From NCBI GenBank assembly GCA_945878375.1, contig CAMDWG010000010.1, positions 22,646-86,645 of the forward strand: DNA of 64,000 bases, written 5' to 3'. A program made the translations under genes and the position numbers. The notes under the pieces are model-generated. The model was not told the origin of the DNA. It was given only the letters and a program-made list of their open reading frames with translations, and searched no databases. The DNA is from Roseomonas mucosa. GTDB lineage: Bacteria; Pseudomonadota; Alphaproteobacteria; Acetobacterales; Acetobacteraceae. Of this stretch, positions 22,401 to 33,513 are shown in pieces (the first letter of the stretch is position 1; each line of letters opens with the position of its first letter).

Positions 22401-23563
22401 ACGCACATCGCAACCCCCATGCCGCCCCCGATGCACAGCGTGGCGAGGCCCCGCTTCGCGCCGCGGCGCTGCATCTCGTACAGCAGCGTCGTCAGCACCC
22501 GCGCGCCCGATGCGCCGATCGGATGGCCCAGCGCGATCGCGCCGCCATTGACGTTCACCTTCGCCGGATCCCAGCCCAGGTCCTTGTTCACCGCGCAGGC
22601 CTGCGCGGCGAAGGCCTCGTTCGCCTCGATCAGGTCCAGGCTGTCCAGGCTCCAGCCCGCCTTCTGCAGCGCCTTGCGGCTGGCCGGGATCGGGCCCGTG
22701 CCCATGATGGCGGGATCGACGCCCGCCGTGGCCCAGGACACGATCCGCGCCAGCGGGGCGATGCCGCGCTTCGCGGCTTCCGCCGCGCTCATCACCACCG
22801 CGGCGGCCGCGCCGTCATTGATGCCCGACGCATTGCCGGCCGTCACCGTGCCGTCCTTGGCGAAGGCCGGGCGCAGCTTCTGCAGCACGTCGAAGGTGGT
22901 CTCGGGCTTCGGATACTCGTCGTTCTCGACCACCACGTCGCCCTTGCGGCCCTTCACGGTGACAGGCGCGATCTCGTCGCGGAAGCGGCCAGCCTTCATC
23001 GCTTCCCCGGCCTTGCGCTGGCTTTCGGCGGCGAAGCGGTCCTGCTCCTCCCGCGTCAGCTGGAACTTCTGGGCCACGTTCTCGGCCGTGTTGCCCATGT
23101 GATAGCCGTGGAAGGCGTCCCACAGCCCGTCCTTCAGCATCGTATCGATGAATTCGAGGCTGCCCATCTTCTGGCCCGCGCGGAGGTTCGCGCAATGCGG
23201 CGACTGGGTCATGCTCTCCTGCCCGCCGGCGACCACGATCGCCGCATCGCCGGTGGCGATCTGCTGCGCCGCGAGCGCCACGGCGCGCAGGCCGGACCCG
23301 CAGAGCTGGTTGATGCCGAAGGCGGTCCGCTCGGCGGGGATGCCGGCGGCCATCGCGGCCTGGCGGGCCGGGTTCTGGCCGGCGCCGGCCGTCAGGATCT
23401 GGCCGAGGATCACCTCATCCACCTCATCCGGCGTCACGCCTGCGCGGGCGAGGGCGGCCTGGATCGCGACCTGGCCGAGCGCATGCGCGGGCATGGAGGA
23501 AAAGGCGCCGCTGAAGGATCCGACAGGGGTTCGCGCGGCAGAGGCGATGACGATCTCGGTCAT
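22391..23563 (-). CDS. phbA: Acetyl-CoA C-acetyltransferase (beta-ketothiolase)
   Basis: [38 protein letters not shown] motifs. Confidence 0.95.
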   Translation of the reverse strand: MTEIVIASAARTPVGSFSGAFSSMPAHALGQVAIQAALARAGVTPDEVDEVILGQILTAGAGQNPARQAAMAAGIPAERTAFGINQLCGSGLRAVALAAQQIATGDAAIVVAGGQESMTQSPHCANLRAGQKMGSLEFIDTMLKDGLWDAFHGYHMGNTAENVAQKFQLTREEQDRFAAESQRKAGEAMKAGRFRDEIAPVTVKGRKGDVVVENDEYPKPETTFDVLQKLRPAFAKDGTVTAGNASGINDGAAAAVVMSAAEAAKRGIAPLARIVSWATAGVDPAIMGTGPIPASRKALQKAGWSLDSLDLIEANEAFAAQACAVNKDLGWDPAKVNVNGGAIALGHPIGASGARVLTTLLYEMQRRGAKRGLATLCIGGGMGVAMCVER

Positions 23564-23639
23564 GTCGTGTCTTCCCTTCCTCGGGCTGTCGCTGGGGATG
23601 TCAGGCTTGGGCCAGCACTTTGGTGCGGTGCGGGGCCAT

Positions 23640-24887
23640 CTACAAGCCGCGCAACCATGACAGCAACGGGCGCCACAGGGCGGCCTCGGCGCCGGTCCCG
23701 GCCACCATGCCGATATGGCCGGCGGCGGCCTCGTGCAGCACCGCGCCGGGCGGCAGCCGGGAGGCCAGGGCGCGGGCCGAGGCAGGGGGGACGATCCGGT
23801 CGCGGTGGGGGATGGCCAGGAAGGCCGGGACCGCCAGCGCCGCCGGGTCCATGACGGCGCCGGCGACGCGCCACGCCAGGCGGGCGGTGGTATTGGCCCC
23901 GTACCAGCCGCCCAGCGTCTCTCGCGCCACGGGCGCGGCCAGCGGGACGCCATCGTTCAGCCAATCCTCCAGCGCCACGAACAGCGCCGCACGCGAAGAC
24001 GCCGGGTCGAGCCGCGCGAAGGCGCGGAATTTCTGCGGGATGCCCCAGGGGTCGAGCCCGGCGAACAGCGCCTGGATAAAATCCACGGGAAGGGTGCCGG
24101 TGGCCCCCATCGCGGGCTCCAGCCCCGGCAGCAGCGCGGCCGCGGCGGCGGCGCGGGTCGCGTCCCCTGGCGTTGCGTGGAAATCCCACGGCGTCGCCAG
24201 CAGCCCAAGCGCGGCCACCCGGTCCGGGCGGCGCAGGGCGGCAGCCAGGGCCAGCAGACCTCCCATACAATAGCCCACCAGCACCACGGGCCCCGGCTGC
24301 GCCGCCAGCATCCTCTCCAGCCGCCCGGCGATGTAGTCGGTCAGGGTGAAGCCGCGTTCGGCCTCCCCGGGCCAGCCCCAGTCGAGCAGCCTGGCGCGCA
24401 CTCCCTGCCCGGCCAGGTGGCGCAGCAGGGAACGCCCCTCCATCAGGTCCAGCACCTGGGCGCGGTTCACCAGGGACGGGACGAAGACCACCGCCGGCCC
24501 CGTGGCGTCGCCCCGTGCGTAATCCAGCAGCCGCGTCTCGCCCTCCGCCCAGATCGCGGGCGGGTCGGGCAGGTCGCGCTCGAAGGGATGGCGGCGATAG
24601 GCGGCGATGCCGGCCAGCAAGGCGCGATCCTCGCGCAGCAGGCGCCGCAGCACGGCGGCGCGGAAGGCCTCAGCCGCGTGGCCGCCTTCGGCGAGGCGCC
24701 CTCGGATCCGGAGCAGCTCCGCGCGGCCGTCCTTCGAGATCGGCCAGGCGTCGCTCCAGCTCGGCCAGCCTTCCGCGAAGGGCGGCATCGGCATCAGCCC
24801 CGCCATCGCGAGCATCCCGCGCCCCGCCCCCAGCATCAGGTGCATCGGCAGCGGGCGCGGGCCGCGGCGACGGAGCGGCGCCGTCAT
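23640..24887 (-). CDS. PhaC-like alpha/beta hydrolase (PHA synthase-type Cys nucleophile)
   Basis: VPSLVNR, GYCMGG lipase-like box with Cys, DRIVPP Asp, GHIGM His; located in the PHB cluster. Confidence 0.75.
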   Translation of the reverse strand: MTAPLRRRGPRPLPMHLMLGAGRGMLAMAGLMPMPPFAEGWPSWSDAWPISKDGRAELLRIRGRLAEGGHAAEAFRAAVLRRLLREDRALLAGIAAYRRHPFERDLPDPPAIWAEGETRLLDYARGDATGPAVVFVPSLVNRAQVLDLMEGRSLLRHLAGQGVRARLLDWGWPGEAERGFTLTDYIAGRLERMLAAQPGPVVLVGYCMGGLLALAAALRRPDRVAALGLLATPWDFHATPGDATRAAAAAALLPGLEPAMGATGTLPVDFIQALFAGLDPWGIPQKFRAFARLDPASSRAALFVALEDWLNDGVPLAAPVARETLGGWYGANTTARLAWRVAGAVMDPAALAVPAFLAIPHRDRIVPPASARALASRLPPGAVLHEAAAGHIGMVAGTGAEAALWRPLLSWLRGL

Positions 24888-25119
24888 CGGCGGGCCGTGC
24901 CGCTGGCCAGGGGGCGGGCGGGCGGCCGAAGGGCGGGGCGGCGGCCGCGCGCAGCCAGGCCGCGCCCAGCGCCGCCCAGGCCGAGGTGGCGGCGGACCAG
25001 GCCTCGGCGGCCTCCCGGTCGGCGGCCAGGGCCGCGATCTCGCTCTGCCAGAGCGTGATCCAGTCCTCGGCGAGGCGCTCGACCTCCTCCTGCTCGGCTT
25101 TCGGCCGATCCGCGTCCAT
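24670..25119 (-). CDS. Hypothetical protein with C-terminal coiled coil, overlapping the PhaC-like gene
   Basis: LAEDWITLWQSEIAALAADRE and [16 protein letters not shown] helices. Confidence 0.6.
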   Translation of the reverse strand: MDADRPKAEQEEVERLAEDWITLWQSEIAALAADREAAEAWSAATSAWAALGAAWLRAAAAPPFGRPPAPWPAARPADDGAAPSPRPAPAADAPDAGGGARDARDGGADADAALRGRLAELERRLADLEGRPRGAAPDPRAPRRRRPRG

Positions 25120-25281
25120 CCAGGCTCCCCTGCCGGTCACGGCCCGGAACCGCTGCCGGCGTCCATCGCCGCCTTGGTTCCAGTCCCGCCAGACCTGCCG
25201 CATCGCGTATTTCGCAGTGCATCGCGACCCATGATAGCATCATCCTGGAAGCGGCGGCACGGCCGCGCGGAAGGCGATCGC

Positions 25282-25893
25282 ATGTCACAGGACACCACGC
25301 TCCCCCCGGATGATGCAGCAGAGGCCCCGGTCGGCCCCCCTGTCGTCGTGAAGAAATACGCGAACCGGCGACTCTACAACACGGAATCCTCGTCCTACGT
25401 CACGCTCGAAGACCTGGCCGGGATGGTGCGGCAGGGCCGCGACTTCGTGGTCTATGACGCCAAGTCGGGGGATGACATCACCCGATCGGTGCTGACCCAG
25501 ATCATCGTCGAGGAAGAAGCGAAGGGGCGGAGCCTGCTGCCGACCTCCTTCCTCCGGCAGATCATCGGCTTCTATGGCGACAGCATGCAGTCGCTGGTGC
25601 CGCGTTATCTTGAGAATGTGATGGGCGCCTTTTCCCGCCAGCAGGTCCAGGTGCGCCGCGCGGTGGAGCAGACGATGGGCGGCTTCAACCCCTTCGGCGG
25701 GCTCGAGGAGATGGGCAAGCAGAACATGGCGATGATGGAACGCGCCATGACGCTGTTCGCCCCCTTCCGCACCGGGGCCGAGCCGCCCGAGGCCGCCGGC
25801 GACGCCGCCCGCATCGCCGCGCTGCAGGCCGAGGTGGACCGGCTGAGGCGGCAGGTTGAGATGCTGCAGGGCGGCCGGCGGGGCGAAGGCTAG
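25282..25893 (+). CDS. phaR: PHA synthesis repressor PhaR/AniA
   Basis: VVKKYANRRLYNTESSSYVTL, DITRSVLTQII, LRQIIGFYG motifs. Confidence 0.95.
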   Translation: MSQDTTLPPDDAAEAPVGPPVVVKKYANRRLYNTESSSYVTLEDLAGMVRQGRDFVVYDAKSGDDITRSVLTQIIVEEEAKGRSLLPTSFLRQIIGFYGDSMQSLVPRYLENVMGAFSRQQVQVRRAVEQTMGGFNPFGGLEEMGKQNMAMMERAMTLFAPFRTGAEPPEAAGDAARIAALQAEVDRLRRQVEMLQGGRRGEG

Positions 25894-25907
25894 AACACCG
25901 CCCGCGC

Positions 25908-26327
25908 TCAACCCGCCTCGGTCGCCCAGGCGATCCCGGCTTCCGCCAGCGTCGCTTCCAGCAGCGCGCGATCCATTCGCGCATGGCGTTCCAGCAGCCG
26001 CAGATAGGCCGCGACGAAGGCCGGCCCGTGGCCCGCATGGCTGCCATCCACCTCCGCCGTCAGGGCATGCGCGATTTCATGCAGCAGGACCCAGGAGGGG
26101 AGTTCGGCCGGCGCCTCGATGGCGGTGCGGCTGGCCCGCGCCACGATGCGCCTTGCCTGTTTCGGCAAGGGCCGGATGCGCGGCGGCCAGCGCCGGCCTT
26201 CCGCCGCCCAGACATGATCGACCAGCGCCTGCAGCCGCGCGAAGGGCACCAGGCTGCGGTCGCGGGGCGCGACCACCGCGTCCTCCCACGCATAGAGCCG
26301 GATCGCCGCGCGGTCGTGGCGGCTCAT
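25908..26327 (-). CDS. HExxH zinc metallohydrolase (Rv0185/TIGR04338-like)
   Basis: VLLHEIAHAL...HGPAFV; start overlaps the upstream stop (ATGA). Confidence 0.75.
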   Translation of the reverse strand: MSRHDRAAIRLYAWEDAVVAPRDRSLVPFARLQALVDHVWAAEGRRWPPRIRPLPKQARRIVARASRTAIEAPAELPSWVLLHEIAHALTAEVDGSHAGHGPAFVAAYLRLLERHARMDRALLEATLAEAGIAWATEAG

Positions 26328-27079
26328 CTGCGCGGCAGGCGGCCCGCGGCCGGGCCGGCGCCGACCGGGCGATCCAGCCCGACGCGCCCGCCGGCCTCCC
26401 GCCCCCGTCCATAGGCGCCCTTGTCGCGCACCACGGTGCTGCGCGTGACGGTCCGCAGCCGCACGCCGAGCGCGCGGAAGCCGTCCTCGATCTTGCGTTC
26501 CTTCAGCAGCACCAGCGCCGTGCCGCCGGCACCGGCACCGGCGCGCGCCGCCTGGTCCCGCGCCGCCTGTTCGCTGGCGCGGCGGTGGCTGCCGAGTTCG
26601 CCCAGCCGCGTCGCCAGGCGGTCGGCGAAGCCGATCCGAAAACTGCGGAGCACCGCCTGCGGCGCGGCCCGCGCGCCCAGGTAATCGGGGCTGCGGCGGA
26701 AGCGCGATTCCTCATGGTGCAGGGCGGTCGCGATCATATGCATCAGGTATTCCGCCATCTGCACATCCGGCTCCAGGCCGAAGATCACATAATCGGCCCG
26801 CCCCACGGTCCAGCCGCGGCAGTCGGTGAAGCGCAGCAGTGCCGGGAACAGCCAGCCCATCGCCTGCCGGCGCGGATCGTCGAACACCATCACGCGCTGC
26901 ACGCAGGCTTCCTCGCGCAGATCGACCTCTGACATCGAGAGGCCGTAGACCTCCAGCAGCTCGCCCACCTTGGCGGCGGCGGCCATGGCCTCCGCCTCGG
27001 AACAGCCGCGCTCCACGGTGCGTGAGGCCAGCGCGCGGATGCGCGCCTTCACCTTCGCCAGCTCGTCCTTCTGATCCAT
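26324..27079 (-). CDS. DUF2786-domain protein
   Basis: KVKARIRALASRT...SEAEAMAAAAKVGELL..YGL N-terminus; SFRIGFADRL. Confidence 0.8.
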   Translation of the reverse strand: MDQKDELAKVKARIRALASRTVERGCSEAEAMAAAAKVGELLEVYGLSMSEVDLREEACVQRVMVFDDPRRQAMGWLFPALLRFTDCRGWTVGRADYVIFGLEPDVQMAEYLMHMIATALHHEESRFRRSPDYLGARAAPQAVLRSFRIGFADRLATRLGELGSHRRASEQAARDQAARAGAGAGGTALVLLKERKIEDGFRALGVRLRTVTRSTVVRDKGAYGRGREAGGRVGLDRPVGAGPAAGRLPRR

Positions 27080-27152
27080 CTGCCGCGCCCGGAGGGGTTT
27101 CGCCGCCCTATACCATCGCCGGCCGAGGCCTGCGCCAGCCCCGGCTTGCCGC

Positions 27153-28862
27153 ATGCGCGCCACGATCGGCGTTCATGCATCTGATGTGACCGACGAGAAC
27201 ATCCCCCTGCGGCGCGGCCTGTTCGGCGGGCTGGTCGCGGCCATCGCGCTGATCCTGCTCTGGCTCGCCTGGCGCGCTTTGGCGCCGGGCGGGGTGAACG
27301 TGGCAGAGGCGCTGATTCTGGCCTGCCTGCTGCTGGTGACGCCCTGGGCGGCGCTGTCGGCGGGCAATTCGCTGGTCGGGCTGGCCATCCTGCTGGCCTC
27401 GCGCGATCCGCCGGGCGCGGTGCTGCCCGCGCTGCGCCAGGCGCGCCCCGGCCCGCCCCGGCAGCTCACCGCACTCGCCGTCTGCATCCGCAACGAGGAG
27501 ATGGGGGCCGTGTTGCCGCCGCTCGGCGCGCTGCTGGATGGGCTGGCGGCGCGGGGAGCTGCGGATCGCTTCGTGCTGTGGCTGCTGTCGGACACCCAGG
27601 AACCCGCCATCGCGGCGGCGGAGGAGGCCGCGATCCGCGCCTTCGCCGCCGGTCGCACCGAGGGCCCCGCCATCCGCTATCGCCGCCGCGCGGCGAATGA
27701 CGGCTTCAAGGCCGGCAACGTGATGGATTTTCTGGACCATCACGCCGGGGACGCCGCATTCTTCATCACCCTCGATGCCGACAGCGTGATGACGCCGGAT
27801 GCCGTGCTGCGCCTGGTCGCGGTCATGGAAGCGGATCCGGGCCTTGCCATCGTGCAGCAGCTGATCGTCGGGCGGCCCGCCACGGCGGCCTTCCCACGGC
27901 TGTTCCAGTTCGGCATGCGCGCAGCCATGCGGAGCTGGGCCACGGGGCAGGCCTGGTGGCAGGGCGATGCCGGCCCCTATTGGGGCCACAACGCGATCCT
28001 CCGCTGCGAGCCCTTCCGCCGCCATGCGCGGCTGGAAGCGCTGCCCGATGGCAGCCGCATCCTGTCCCACGACATGGTCGAAAGCGTCCGCCTGCAAGCC
28101 GCCGGCTGGCGCGTGCGCTGCCTGCCGGCGGAGGATGGCAGCCTGGAAGCCAACCCGCCCGCCATGCCGGAATTCCTCCGCCGCGACGAACGCTGGGGCG
28201 CGGGCAACATGCAGTATTTCCATCTGCTGCGCCTGCCCAACTTCACGCCGATGGGCCGGCTGCAATTGGTGCAGGCGATCCTGCTGTTCCTGGGCGCGCC
28301 GCTCTATGCGCTGATCCTGCTGCTGGCCGCGCTGAACGGGATTGCGGGCGGCGGCGCGGACACGCCGATGGGCGCGCTGGCGCTGGCCATCCTCGCGCAT
28401 TGGCTCTGCTACTTCTCCCCGAAGCTCTCGGGCTATGCGCAGGCGCTGATCCAGGGCCGCGTCGCCGCACAGTACGGCGGCCGCGCGGCCTTCGCGAAGG
28501 GCACGGCGACGGAGATCGCCTTCATGCAGCTGTTCGAGCCGCTGTCGACGCTGAACAAGGCGATGTTCCTCGCCACGCTGCCGTTCGGCCGCCGCACGGG
28601 CTGGGCGCCGCAGAACCGCGCCGATCGCGGCATCGCCTGGGCCGATGCGGCGCGGCTGCTGTGGCCGCACATGCTGGCCGGCGTGGCGTTGACGTTCTGC
28701 TTCGCGCTGGTCTCGCCGACAGCGTTGCTGCTGGCCTTGCCCTTCACGCTCGGCATGGTCTTCGCCATCCCGCTCTGCGTCTGGAGCGCCGATCCTGGCG
28801 TCTCAGCCCGGCTGCGCGCGCACCGCATCGCCGCGACGCCGGAGGAACTTGGTGCGCGCTGA
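27153..28862 (+). CDS. mdoH: Glucan biosynthesis glucosyltransferase OpgH/MdoH
   Basis: LSDT, GFKAGN, LDADSVM, YWGHNAI, LSHDMVE, RDERWGAGN motifs. Confidence 0.88.
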   Translation: MRATIGVHASDVTDENIPLRRGLFGGLVAAIALILLWLAWRALAPGGVNVAEALILACLLLVTPWAALSAGNSLVGLAILLASRDPPGAVLPALRQARPGPPRQLTALAVCIRNEEMGAVLPPLGALLDGLAARGAADRFVLWLLSDTQEPAIAAAEEAAIRAFAAGRTEGPAIRYRRRAANDGFKAGNVMDFLDHHAGDAAFFITLDADSVMTPDAVLRLVAVMEADPGLAIVQQLIVGRPATAAFPRLFQFGMRAAMRSWATGQAWWQGDAGPYWGHNAILRCEPFRRHARLEALPDGSRILSHDMVESVRLQAAGWRVRCLPAEDGSLEANPPAMPEFLRRDERWGAGNMQYFHLLRLPNFTPMGRLQLVQAILLFLGAPLYALILLLAALNGIAGGGADTPMGALALAILAHWLCYFSPKLSGYAQALIQGRVAAQYGGRAAFAKGTATEIAFMQLFEPLSTLNKAMFLATLPFGRRTGWAPQNRADRGIAWADAARLLWPHMLAGVALTFCFALVSPTALLLALPFTLGMVFAIPLCVWSADPGVSARLRAHRIAATPEELGAR

Positions 28863-28953
28863 TCTCTGGGGGTGGAACCGAAGACGTTCGGCCAGAACAG
28901 CAGATCCCATTGCGTCCCGCCAAGGGCAGCATGGCGTCTCGCCACCGCGCAGG

Positions 28954-28984
28954 AAAAAGGGCGGGCCCCGAAGGAGCCCGCCCT
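28954..28984 (-). terminator. Terminator after sucB
   Basis: Stem AGGGCGGGC/GCCCGCCCT with a minus-strand T run. Confidence 0.75.
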
Positions 28985-29016
28985 GATACACGCACCAATA
29001 ACCGGCGCGCCCCGGA

Positions 29017-30219
29017 TCAGACGTCCAGCATCAGCCGGCGCGGATCCTCGATGGCGTCCTTCATCCGCACCAGGAAGCTCACCGCTTCCTTCCCGTCCAC
29101 GATGCGGTGGTCGTAGCTGAGCGCGAGATACATCATCGGGCGGATTTCCACCTTCCCGCCCACCGCCATCGGACGTTCCTGGATCTTGTGCATGCCCAGG
29201 ATGCCGGACTGCGGCGGGTTCAGGATCGGGGTGGACATCAGCGACCCATAGATGCCGCCATTGGTGATGGTGAAGCTGCCGCCGGTCAGTTCCTCGAGCT
29301 TCAGCGCGCCGTCACGGGCGCGGCGGCCGAAATCGCCGATGGCCTTCTCGATCTGCGCGAAACCCAGCTGGTCAGCGTTCCGCAGCACCGGCACCACCAG
29401 CCCGCTCGGCCCGCCGACGGCGATGCCCATATGGACGAAATTCTTGTAGATGATCTCGTCGCCGTCGATCTCCGCGTTCACCGCGGGGAATTCCTTCAGC
29501 GCGGCGACGGCGGCCTTCACGAAGAAGCTCATGAAGCCCAGTTTTTGGCCATGCCGCTTCTCGAACGCATCCTTGTACTCGGCGCGCAGCCCCATCACGG
29601 CGCCCATATCCACCTCGTTGAAGGTGGTGAGCATCGCGGCGGTGTTCTGCGCTTCCTTCAGGCGGCGCGCGATGGTCTGGCGCAGGCGGGTCATCTTCAC
29701 CCGCTCCTCCCCGCCTTCCAGCGGGCGGGCGGAAGCCTTGGCGGCCGGGGCGGCAGCGGCAGCGGCGGGCTTCGCGAGGAAGGCCTGCACATCGCCCTTG
29801 GTCACGCGGCCATCCTTGCCGCTGCCCGCGCCGATCTGCGCAGGCGTCACGCCGGCATCGGCCATCGCCTTGGTCGCGGCGGGGCCATTCGGCAGGGCGG
29901 CGGCGGGCGCCTTGGCCGGCGCCTCGGCGGCCGGCGCGGGCTTCGCGGCGGGGGCAGGCGCGGCGGCGGGCTTCGCCGCGCCCGTACCGGCGGCGATGGT
30001 GCCGAGCACGGCGCCGGCGGTCACTTCCGCACCTTCCTGCGCGGCGATCGATTCGATCACGCCGGCGGCAGGCGCGTTGACCTCCACCGTCACCTTGTCC
30101 GTCTCAAGCTCCACCAGCGGCTCATCCGCCGCCACGGCCTCGCCGGCCTTCTTCAGCCAGCGCGCCACGGTGGCGCTGGAGACGCTTTCCCCCAGCGGGG
30201 GCACGATGATCCCGGTCAT
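29017..30219 (-). CDS. sucB: 2-oxoglutarate dehydrogenase E2
   Basis: Lipoyl [30 protein letters not shown] motifs. Confidence 0.95.
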   Translation of the reverse strand: MTGIIVPPLGESVSSATVARWLKKAGEAVAADEPLVELETDKVTVEVNAPAAGVIESIAAQEGAEVTAGAVLGTIAAGTGAAKPAAAPAPAAKPAPAAEAPAKAPAAALPNGPAATKAMADAGVTPAQIGAGSGKDGRVTKGDVQAFLAKPAAAAAAPAAKASARPLEGGEERVKMTRLRQTIARRLKEAQNTAAMLTTFNEVDMGAVMGLRAEYKDAFEKRHGQKLGFMSFFVKAAVAALKEFPAVNAEIDGDEIIYKNFVHMGIAVGGPSGLVVPVLRNADQLGFAQIEKAIGDFGRRARDGALKLEELTGGSFTITNGGIYGSLMSTPILNPPQSGILGMHKIQERPMAVGGKVEIRPMMYLALSYDHRIVDGKEAVSFLVRMKDAIEDPRRLMLDV

Positions 30220-30254
30220 CTTGGTTCCGTCCTGATGCCTCATCCACGACGCGC

Positions 30255-33149
30255 TCAGCCGAGGCCGAGCGCGTCCCGGACGAGGGCCTCCTGCTGCTGC
30301 TGATGGATCTTGGCGAGGCCCGTGGCCGGGCTCGCCGCTTCGATGCGGCCGACATAGCGCGGCCGCTTGGCGTGGATGTCGATCTCGCCCAGCACGCCTT
30401 CGATGCGGCGGTCGAGGAAGGTCCAGGCGCCCATATTCTCGGGCTCCTCCTGGCACCACACCACCTCGGCGTTCTTGTAGGGCGCGAGCGCCTTGCCGAG
30501 GCTGGTCTTCGGGAAGGGATAGAGCTGCTCGACACGCACGATGGCGACATCGGTGATGCCCTTGTCGCGGCGTTCCTGCAGCAGGTCGTAATAGACCTTG
30601 CCGGTGCAGAGCACGACGCGTTTCACCTTCTCGGGCGGGGCGATCGCATCCACTTCGGGGATCACGTACTGGAAGGCGCTGCCAGGCGCGAAATCCGCCA
30701 GCGCAGAGACCGCCAGCTTGTGGCGCAGCAGCGACTTCGGCGTCATCAGCACCAGCGGCTTGCGGTAATTCGCCTTCATCTGGCGGCGCAGCGCGTGGAA
30801 GTAGTTCGCCGGCGTGGTCAGGTTGCCGACGCGCATGTTCCGCTCCGCGCAAAGCTGCAGGTAGCGTTCGAGGCGCGCCGAGGAATGCTCCGGCCCCTGG
30901 CCTTCATAGCCATGCGGCAGCAGCATCACGAGGCCGGACATCCGCAGCCACTTCGTCTCGGCGGAGGCGATGAACTGGTCGATGATGACCTGCGCGCCGT
31001 TCGCGAAATCGCCGAACTGGGCTTCCCACAGCACCAGCGTGCGCGGATCCGCCAGGCTGTAGCCGTATTCGAAGCCGAGGACGCCGAATTCCGACAGCAG
31101 GGAATTGAAGGCCTCGAAGCGCGGCTGGCCGGCACGGATGTTGTTCATCGGCACGTATTCCGCCTGGGTGGCCTGGTCCACCAGATAGGCGTGGCGATGG
31201 CTGAAGGTGCCGCGCTGCACATCCTCGCCCGATAGCCGCACGCGATGGCCTTCCAGCAGCAGGGAGCCGAAGGCCAGCGCCTCACCGGTCGCCCAGTCCA
31301 CGCCCTCCCCGGTCTCGATCGCCTGCTTCTTGGCTTCGAGCTGGCGCGCGATCTTCGGGTTGACGTTGAAATCCGCAGGCACCCGCGTCAGCGCCGCGCC
31401 CACTTCGCGCAGCGTGTCGAGGCCGCTGGCGGTCTCGTGCAGGCGTTCCACTTCCTCGCCGGTCGTGACCGCCTTTAGGCCGGACCAGTGGCCTTCCAGC
31501 CAATCCGCCTTGTTCGGCTTGAAGGACGCCGCGGCCTGGAAGGCGTCTTCCAGCGTGGCGTAGAAGGCGTCGAGCATCGCCTTCGACTCCTCGGCCGAGA
31601 GCGCTCCCTCGGCCGCCAGCTTCTCGGCGTATTTGGTGCGGGTGGTCTTGGTTTCCTTGATCCGGCCGTACATCAGCGGCTGGGTGAAGGCGGGCTCGTC
31701 GGTCTCATTATGGCCGTGGCGGCGGTAGCAGACGATGTCGAGCACGATATCCGCGCCGAATTCCATGCGGAATTCCGCTGCCATCGTCGCGCAGAAGACC
31801 ACCGCTTCCGGGTCGTCGCCATTCACATGCAGGATCGGCACCTGGATGCTTTTCGCCACATCCGTGCAGTACAGGCCCGAATAGGCGTGCAGCGGGACGG
31901 TGGTGAAGCCGATCTGGTTGTTGGTGACGATGTGGATCGTGCCGCCCGTGCGGTAGCCGACCAGCTGGCTCATCGCCAGCGTCTCATACACCACGCCCTG
32001 GCCGGCGAAGGCGGCATCGCCATGCAGCGTGATGGCCATGACGGAGCGGCGGCCCTTGGTGTCGCCCGCCATGTCCTGCCGCGCGCGGACCTTGCCGACC
32101 ACGACCGGGTCCACCGCTTCCAGATGCGAGGGGTTCGGCTGCAACGAGAGGTGCACCATGCGCCCGGCGATCTCGATGTCGGTCGAGGTGCCGAGATGGT
32201 ACTTCACGTCGCCCGAGCCCTGGACGTCCTCAGGATGCGCGGAGGTGCCCTTGAACTCCGAGAAGACGGCCGAGTAGGGCTTCTTCACCACATTCACCAG
32301 CACGTTCAGGCGCCCACGATGCGCCATGCCGATGGTGACTTCGTTCACGCCCTGCGCGGCCGCAGTCGCGATCACGGTCTGGATCGCGGGGATGGTGCTT
32401 TCGCCGCCTTCCAGGCCGAAGCGCTTGGTGGTGGCGTATTTCTTCGCGCAGAAGGCCTCGAAGCCCTCGGCCTCGGTCAGCTCCTGCAGGATGTGCTTCT
32501 TCTGGCCCTTGTCGAAGGAACCCAGCCAGGGCGCGCCTTCGATCCGGCGCTGGATCCAGGACTTCTGGTCCGGGTCCTGGATATGCATGAACTCGACGCC
32601 GATGGACGCGCAGTAGGAGGCGCGGCAGATGGCCAGGATCTCGCGCAGCGTCGCGAATTCCTTGCCGAGCACGAAGTCGAGGAAGATCGGCCGGTCCATG
32701 TCGGCTTCGGTGAAGCCGTAGGTCGCGGGCGTCAGTTCCGCATGCGGCTTCGGCTTCTGCAGGCCCAGCGGGTCGAGCTGCGCTTCCAGGTGGCCGCGGA
32801 CGCGGTAGCTGCGGATCAGCATCAGCGCGCGGATCGAATCGAGCACCGCGCGCTGCGCGGCCGCCTTGTCCATGGTGGGCGCGGCGGGAGCGGCGGCGGC
32901 CTTGTCATCCTTCTTCGGCGCGGGCGCCGGTTCGGGATCGGGGCCGAAGCGGCCGCGGGTGCGCGGCGCCCAGGACGCGCCGGAGGCATCCGTCAGCACC
33001 GACCGCGCTTCGTCGTTCAGCGCCTCGAACAGCTCCGCGAAGGAGGCATCGACGCTGTCGGGCTTCTCCACCCAGCGGGCATAGAGATCCGCGAGGAAGG
33101 CGGCATTCGCCCCCGACATCACGCTGGCGAGGATATCCACTCCGGCCAT
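30255..33149 (-). CDS. sucA: 2-oxoglutarate dehydrogenase E1
   Basis: [35 protein letters not shown] motifs. Confidence 0.97.
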   Translation of the reverse strand: MAGVDILASVMSGANAAFLADLYARWVEKPDSVDASFAELFEALNDEARSVLTDASGASWAPRTRGRFGPDPEPAPAPKKDDKAAAAPAAPTMDKAAAQRAVLDSIRALMLIRSYRVRGHLEAQLDPLGLQKPKPHAELTPATYGFTEADMDRPIFLDFVLGKEFATLREILAICRASYCASIGVEFMHIQDPDQKSWIQRRIEGAPWLGSFDKGQKKHILQELTEAEGFEAFCAKKYATTKRFGLEGGESTIPAIQTVIATAAAQGVNEVTIGMAHRGRLNVLVNVVKKPYSAVFSEFKGTSAHPEDVQGSGDVKYHLGTSTDIEIAGRMVHLSLQPNPSHLEAVDPVVVGKVRARQDMAGDTKGRRSVMAITLHGDAAFAGQGVVYETLAMSQLVGYRTGGTIHIVTNNQIGFTTVPLHAYSGLYCTDVAKSIQVPILHVNGDDPEAVVFCATMAAEFRMEFGADIVLDIVCYRRHGHNETDEPAFTQPLMYGRIKETKTTRTKYAEKLAAEGALSAEESKAMLDAFYATLEDAFQAAASFKPNKADWLEGHWSGLKAVTTGEEVERLHETASGLDTLREVGAALTRVPADFNVNPKIARQLEAKKQAIETGEGVDWATGEALAFGSLLLEGHRVRLSGEDVQRGTFSHRHAYLVDQATQAEYVPMNNIRAGQPRFEAFNSLLSEFGVLGFEYGYSLADPRTLVLWEAQFGDFANGAQVIIDQFIASAETKWLRMSGLVMLLPHGYEGQGPEHSSARLERYLQLCAERNMRVGNLTTPANYFHALRRQMKANYRKPLVLMTPKSLLRHKLAVSALADFAPGSAFQYVIPEVDAIAPPEKVKRVVLCTGKVYYDLLQERRDKGITDVAIVRVEQLYPFPKTSLGKALAPYKNAEVVWCQEEPENMGAWTFLDRRIEGVLGEIDIHAKRPRYVGRIEAASPATGLAKIHQQQQEALVRDALGLG

Positions 33150-33378
33150 CTTGTCCTCCTCGACGGCGCCGGCCTGGGCGCCGCCGGTTTCCCCAACCTG
33201 GTCGTCCCGGACCGTTGTCCCGGTTACGCAACCGTCCCCGGTGGGGGACGGTTCGCCAATCAGCATAAGCCGAACTGGTCCATCCTGGCAGACCCCCCGA
33301 CCCTTGGGCCTAAAGGTCCGGGATACACCCTTCCGGACGCATAACGGGCGAGTGCCCCGCTGGCACGGCCAGTCGTGT

Positions 33379-33488
33379 CCCCTCCCCAACCCTCCCCCGC
33401 TACGCGGGAGAGGGAGCCAGTCGCACCGGACGATCCCTCTCCCGCGTAGCGGGGGAGGGTGGCTGAGCGCAGCGAAGCCGGGAGGGGG
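33379..33488. repeat. REP/RIME-like palindromic element, copy 2
   Basis: Near-identical to 10363-10478 apart from the central ~15 nt. Confidence 0.85.
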
Positions 33489-33513
33489 CGCGACCAGACC
33501 TTCCCCGTCTGGC

